Assembly: GCF_006345805.1 (NCBI RefSeq)
Contig: NC_043000.1
Coordinates: 79,112,001 to 79,176,000 of the forward strand
Reading direction: 5' to 3'
Source: Octopus sinensis
Taxonomy: Eukaryota
Length of the DNA: 64,000 bases
Shown piece by piece: positions 59,715 through 64,000 of this stretch. Below the pieces are notes generated by a model. The model saw nothing but the letters and a program-made list of their open reading frames with translations. It searched no databases and was not told the DNA's origin. The position numbers and the translations under genes are program-made. Numbering within the stretch: the first letter of the stretch is position 1; the number at the start of each line of letters is the position of its first letter.

Positions 59715-60919
59715 CAGGGTATTCAGGATAAATTTGACAATTTGCATTAATGGAGAAGGAAAGAAAATCTCATCCAAAAATTAAAGTATTTTTTAAATTC
59801 AGAAAATATCAATTAAATTATGGATAGGAGATATCAGTTTACTCAATGTAGTTGCCCTCAGGTTCTTCAATGGACTCAAGACAGCTCAGGAACCTGGCAT
59901 ATGCATTCCTCACTGTGTCTGTGAGAAGATCTTCAAATACCTCTTGATCTTGGCTCCCAGCTCAGCCTTGGTGTTGCAGACAGAGCAGTTGGTTTCAAGG
60001 GAATTAGGAGGCCAGAAATTAGGGTTGGTGAAGTCACAGAAATTCTCTGATGACTACTTTTAACTCTTACTGGAGGTATGACAAGAAGCCAGATCCTGTT
60101 GCCATGCAAATGACTTCCTGCAACAACTCTCTCCAGCCAGAGTTTGACCACAGTCTCCAGCAGTTTCACATGACTATCTGAATGGAGTTTAAAGTCCTGT
60201 TCAAAGATGTAGGTTAGCATGATGTCACCCTCACTGGAGACACTAAACACCATCACAGGTTGAGAGAACTTAGTTTTCATGATAAATAAGGCATCATATT
60301 TACTGTAGGTAAGCCACCTGTTGGTCTGGGTATTGTGCAATTGGTCCCAGCAGAAGTTCTTTTCATCTGAGAAGAACCCAATCATTCTTGGGTCAACAGG
60401 ATGCCCCAGCTTGTTCAGGAGCTTCTTTGCTTTCAAGTAGTTTCCTTAGTCTTGACTGTCAGAATTTGTCCCTTTGTGCCATGAGTACAAGTAATAAGTC
60501 CTTATTCAGAGCCTTCTTCATTGTTGCAACCTCAATAGCCATCTCCCTTTCCAAAGCCTGGATTCCCTTGCTTGGATCTTCAATTACCCTGTCCTGTACT
60601 TGCTGGACATTCAGAATGCCTGCAGTATCCCTTCATATTGACCTCAGCTTTGTAGATGTCCATGTCACATCTTACAGCCTTTACAGAGCTTACAGAGAAT
60701 TAATCAGCAATCATGATTTGGCATTTTGATACCTAGTGCAATTCATCATGATACAGGTAACTCTTTTCCACATTCAGATGGTTTCAAGTCCTCTGTGTCA
60801 GCCAATTTTCTCTCAACTACAACTTCAATTTTCATGCTGTCCAATGCTGTTTGCCAATACATCAAGCTATTCCTGAAAACAGAAACATAAAAATTGTTAA
60901 ATTTAGCACAAACACCCTG
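59715..60919 (-). mobile_element. Decayed Tc1/mariner transposon (1.2 kb)
   Basis: TIRs CAGGGT.TT....TAAATTT.ACAATTT and TA flanks. Transposase remnants FFSDEKNF, PVMVF and WPPNS. A solo TIR of the family lies at about 53590-53636. Confidence 0.85.
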
Positions 60920-60950
<31 letters not shown>

Positions 60951-60964
60951 AGGAGGGATATATA

Positions 60965-61950
60965 TCTTCCTCATCATCATCATCATCATCTTCATCATTT
61001 AATGTCTGTTTTCCATGCTAGCATGTGTAGGATGGTTTGAGAGCAACTGACAAGTCAGAAGACTGCACCATGCTCTACTGTTTGTTTTGGCATGGTTTTC
61101 TACAGCTTGATGTCCTTCGTATCATCAATCACTTTACAGAGTCTACTGGGTGCTTTTTACAAGGCACCAGCAGCAGTAAGATCACCATGTAACTTGCTGG
61201 ACAAGAGCCCTCAACTGCAGGGTGTGGTGGTGGTAGGAGAGTATTACTGAGGAAGAGAAACAGTGTCTTACATTAGAAGAAAAACAACTACCTCAAAGGG
61301 ATAGGCAGCTTGTAGAGAAAGATAGTGAAGAAGAAATGAGGAAGCAGAGGTAATACAGACAATTTACAAGGAAGTGTGTATAGGGAAGTGGACCAAGGAA
61401 TTGCAGAAGGTGAGTGGTTGGGTGAGTTCACAGGATTTTGAAAGGAGAGTGGGAGTTAGCAGTGGGGTTGATGTAAAGAGTGGGCACTAGCAGAGTGAGG
61501 GGCTATGTTGTAGAGAAGGGATTTAACAAAGACATAATTATGTGCAAGAAGGTATGTGAAGGATACTGGAGAAGAGAGGGAGTGGGAGAGAGAAACAGCA
61601 GTAGTGTGCGTGGGCGGGATGCAGGGTATAAGGGATATGGACAGGGATTTTACTTTGCTGGGTGGGTCTTCTCAAGCACAGCAAATCCCCAGTTATCTTG
61701 GTCTTTGGCATCTCTATGTAGCTCAACATCTGAATATCATTTCTCATCACTTCATCCCACGTCTTCCTGGATCTTCCTCTTCCACCAGTTCCCTCCACAT
61801 TTAAAGAATTACACTTCTTTATGAAGCTGTTCTCATCCATAAATATGACATGGCCATACAAGCACATGTGACAACATTATGTCTAAGCACGGGCAAGCAG
61901 AAGTACCCTTGGCTGGTGTCAAGGCATGCATTAAAACCCACTATGAATGA
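60965..61950 (-). mobile_element. RTE-clade LINE 3' remnants
   Basis: ORF 61538-61867: LYGHV..IKKC..GGRGRSRKTWDEVMRND. (CAT)n tail region at about 60970-61000. Confidence 0.65.
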
Positions 61951-62599
61951 GGGACCACTAGATGTTGTCACAGCATCCTTCTAGGAAAGGGACATGCTGA
62001 TGTAAAATCTGTGGTTTCATGTGATTACTGGCCATCTTGCTTTGGCCTGGTGACAGGCCAAAGTGAGTTGGACAAGCAGTTATTACAATAATCCCATGAT
62101 TTACAAATGTCTTTTATGGTAACCCATTTCTTACTGAAAGTAGATCATTTGCTGGCCTGAAAGGCCACACCTGTGCTGCTCACAAATGAGACTGATCTTC
62201 AAATGCTTCAGGTGATGGATATACCTGAGATTGAGAAAGAGATTCTCATGAATGTATGATTTTTCTTTGAGCTTAATTTAAGTTCTTGAAAGAGTTCAAG
62301 CTGGTTGCTAACAAAGCAACAAGACATTTTGAGTTAAAAGAGTTCCCAGTGTTTGTAAATATGTTGTTGAGTTGGAGTGTAGGTTGAACTGTTGATACAT
62401 ACAGCCATGTGTGAGCATCTGTTCACATATGATATGTCTTACAGATCTTCACAGTGCCACTAATAGATTGGATTTGGAGACTCTGTGTCAGTTTCTTTTC
62501 TTCTTTCTCAATGAAACAGTATTCCTAGGTTTTTGTGAAAATTCTTTGGTACATAATTCACCTATGCACCTATGAGAATTCAAGATCAGGGTACAAGAG

Positions 62600-64000
62600 C
62601 TGTATGTTCACATTAAATCTGTATGTATGTATGTCTGTCTATCTGTCTCTATGTGTGTATGTATGTATGTATGTATGTGTGTATGTGTGTATGTATGTAT
62701 GTATGTATGTATGTATGTATGTATGTATGTATGTATGTATGTATGTATACGTGCAGATTTGTATGTTTTGTTTTATGTATGTCTTCTTGAGCATATATAG
62801 TTGCATATCTGGACATGCTCATATATACTTAAATGATAAACTTCTGGAAAGTTTTACAGATTTTTACAGTGTTCCAGTGACGGATTGTATCTGTAGTCTT
62901 TGAATCAGCTTTCTCCTTTCTGGTTTTGAGAAACTTAATTCTTTAAGATTGGTATTTATGCAGTGCAATACATATCCCAGTGCCCCCAAAATTACAGGTA
63001 TAACCTGGACATATAATCTGGTTAGAGTAGCTGCAGATTTATCAATAGTTCAGCATAGGTATTCTCTTTTTCGCTGGTTTTCAGCTTTATGTTAACATTT
63101 ACTAGGCAGCTGATTTCCACAATTGTACACAGTTTCTCTTCTCATATCAGGTCTATTGTGTTTACATTTTATTGAGGTTTTCACTGAGACATTCCACCAG
63201 TACTCCATTTTATTGTGAGTGGTTTTGGCTTCCACCGCACTGTATGTTCTTGTTTCTTTGTTCTCAAGGTTATCCTTTCAATGGACCTCATTATACAATG
63301 TCCTAGCTACAAGATCATGTCTCGGCAGATAATACCGTGATGACATTTCCGGACAACTGCTTCTGATGTGGGAGATATCTTTGGTGATAACTCCACAAAG
63401 TCTGCATCAGTTGTCATATTTTACTGCATTTCCTTCATCTCTGTCCCTTTTGTGTATTTGGTATTTGGTTAATATTACCTGTCCCTGGATTGCAAACACA
63501 TACTCTTCAAAGTGGGAGGTAGTAATCCAGTTGTTGGTCCATGATAGACTGTTTTGATGATGATCAATGTTACTATCATCTCAGAGCTTTCTACTAACTT
63601 ATCTATGTATGGTCTTCTGCTCATACATGCTCATCCTTTCATCTGATGATATGCTGTGGTAGAGTCATGTAACTTCTTTGGGCATGTATTTAAGGTTTTC
63701 AGACAAGGAACACTGCTAAAGGAGCTGCCTGCCAAGTCTTATGATATTATCAGTCACATGTATGCACACTTGGTTAAGGGATGCAATTTGACACTGAGTT
63801 GTTAAAAGATGTTACTGAAAGGATATGACATGACATTCAAAGGCAGTTTGGATTGATGTTAGACTTCTGCCTTGTTTTTGTTTTAGGAAGAGACGGTCTA
63901 CATCACTGTTGATGTGGAAATTATGTGTGCTTGTTAGTATCTTCCTGGTTTTCTCATCAATGGCTCAGATCTCATCCAGTGTCCAATCAAGCAGCCCAAA
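62600..64000 (-). mobile_element. Decayed REL-LINE 3' half ending in (CATA)n, runs off the window
   Basis: Homologous to 30140-31640 and 23160-23655. Confidence 0.8.

Overview
AT-rich, microsatellite-dense animal genomic DNA. The SINE and microsatellite landscape resembles a coleoid cephalopod such as Octopus (inference). Most of the window is transposable elements, and many ORF-track entries are microsatellite translations with no meaning. The main feature is a young 7.9-kb near-perfect palindrome (5645-13527) of two 5'-truncated Penelope-like retroelement (PLE) copies in tail-out orientation. They encode RT plus a C-terminal GIY-YIG endonuclease with long Asn-rich inserts, and each 3' end carries a type I hammerhead ribozyme fold. 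The same tail-out PLE architecture recurs at about 155 bp, 500 bp, 1.3 kb and probably 5.8 kb scales elsewhere in the window. Other elements are several decayed R4/Dong-like (REL) LINEs, an L1/Tx1 LINE, a CRE-clade LINE, a decayed Ty3/gypsy element, a solo LTR with an E2F/E-box/CCAAT enhancer array, Tc1/mariner, hAT and Helitron elements, a TTAA-flanked foldback element with internal telomeric repeats, and tRNA-derived SINEs. A minus-strand host gene for a Cys-rich EGF-like extracellular protein is visible as two well-supported exons and one probable exon (52437-52503, 45624-45698, 43394-43627) that splice in frame.
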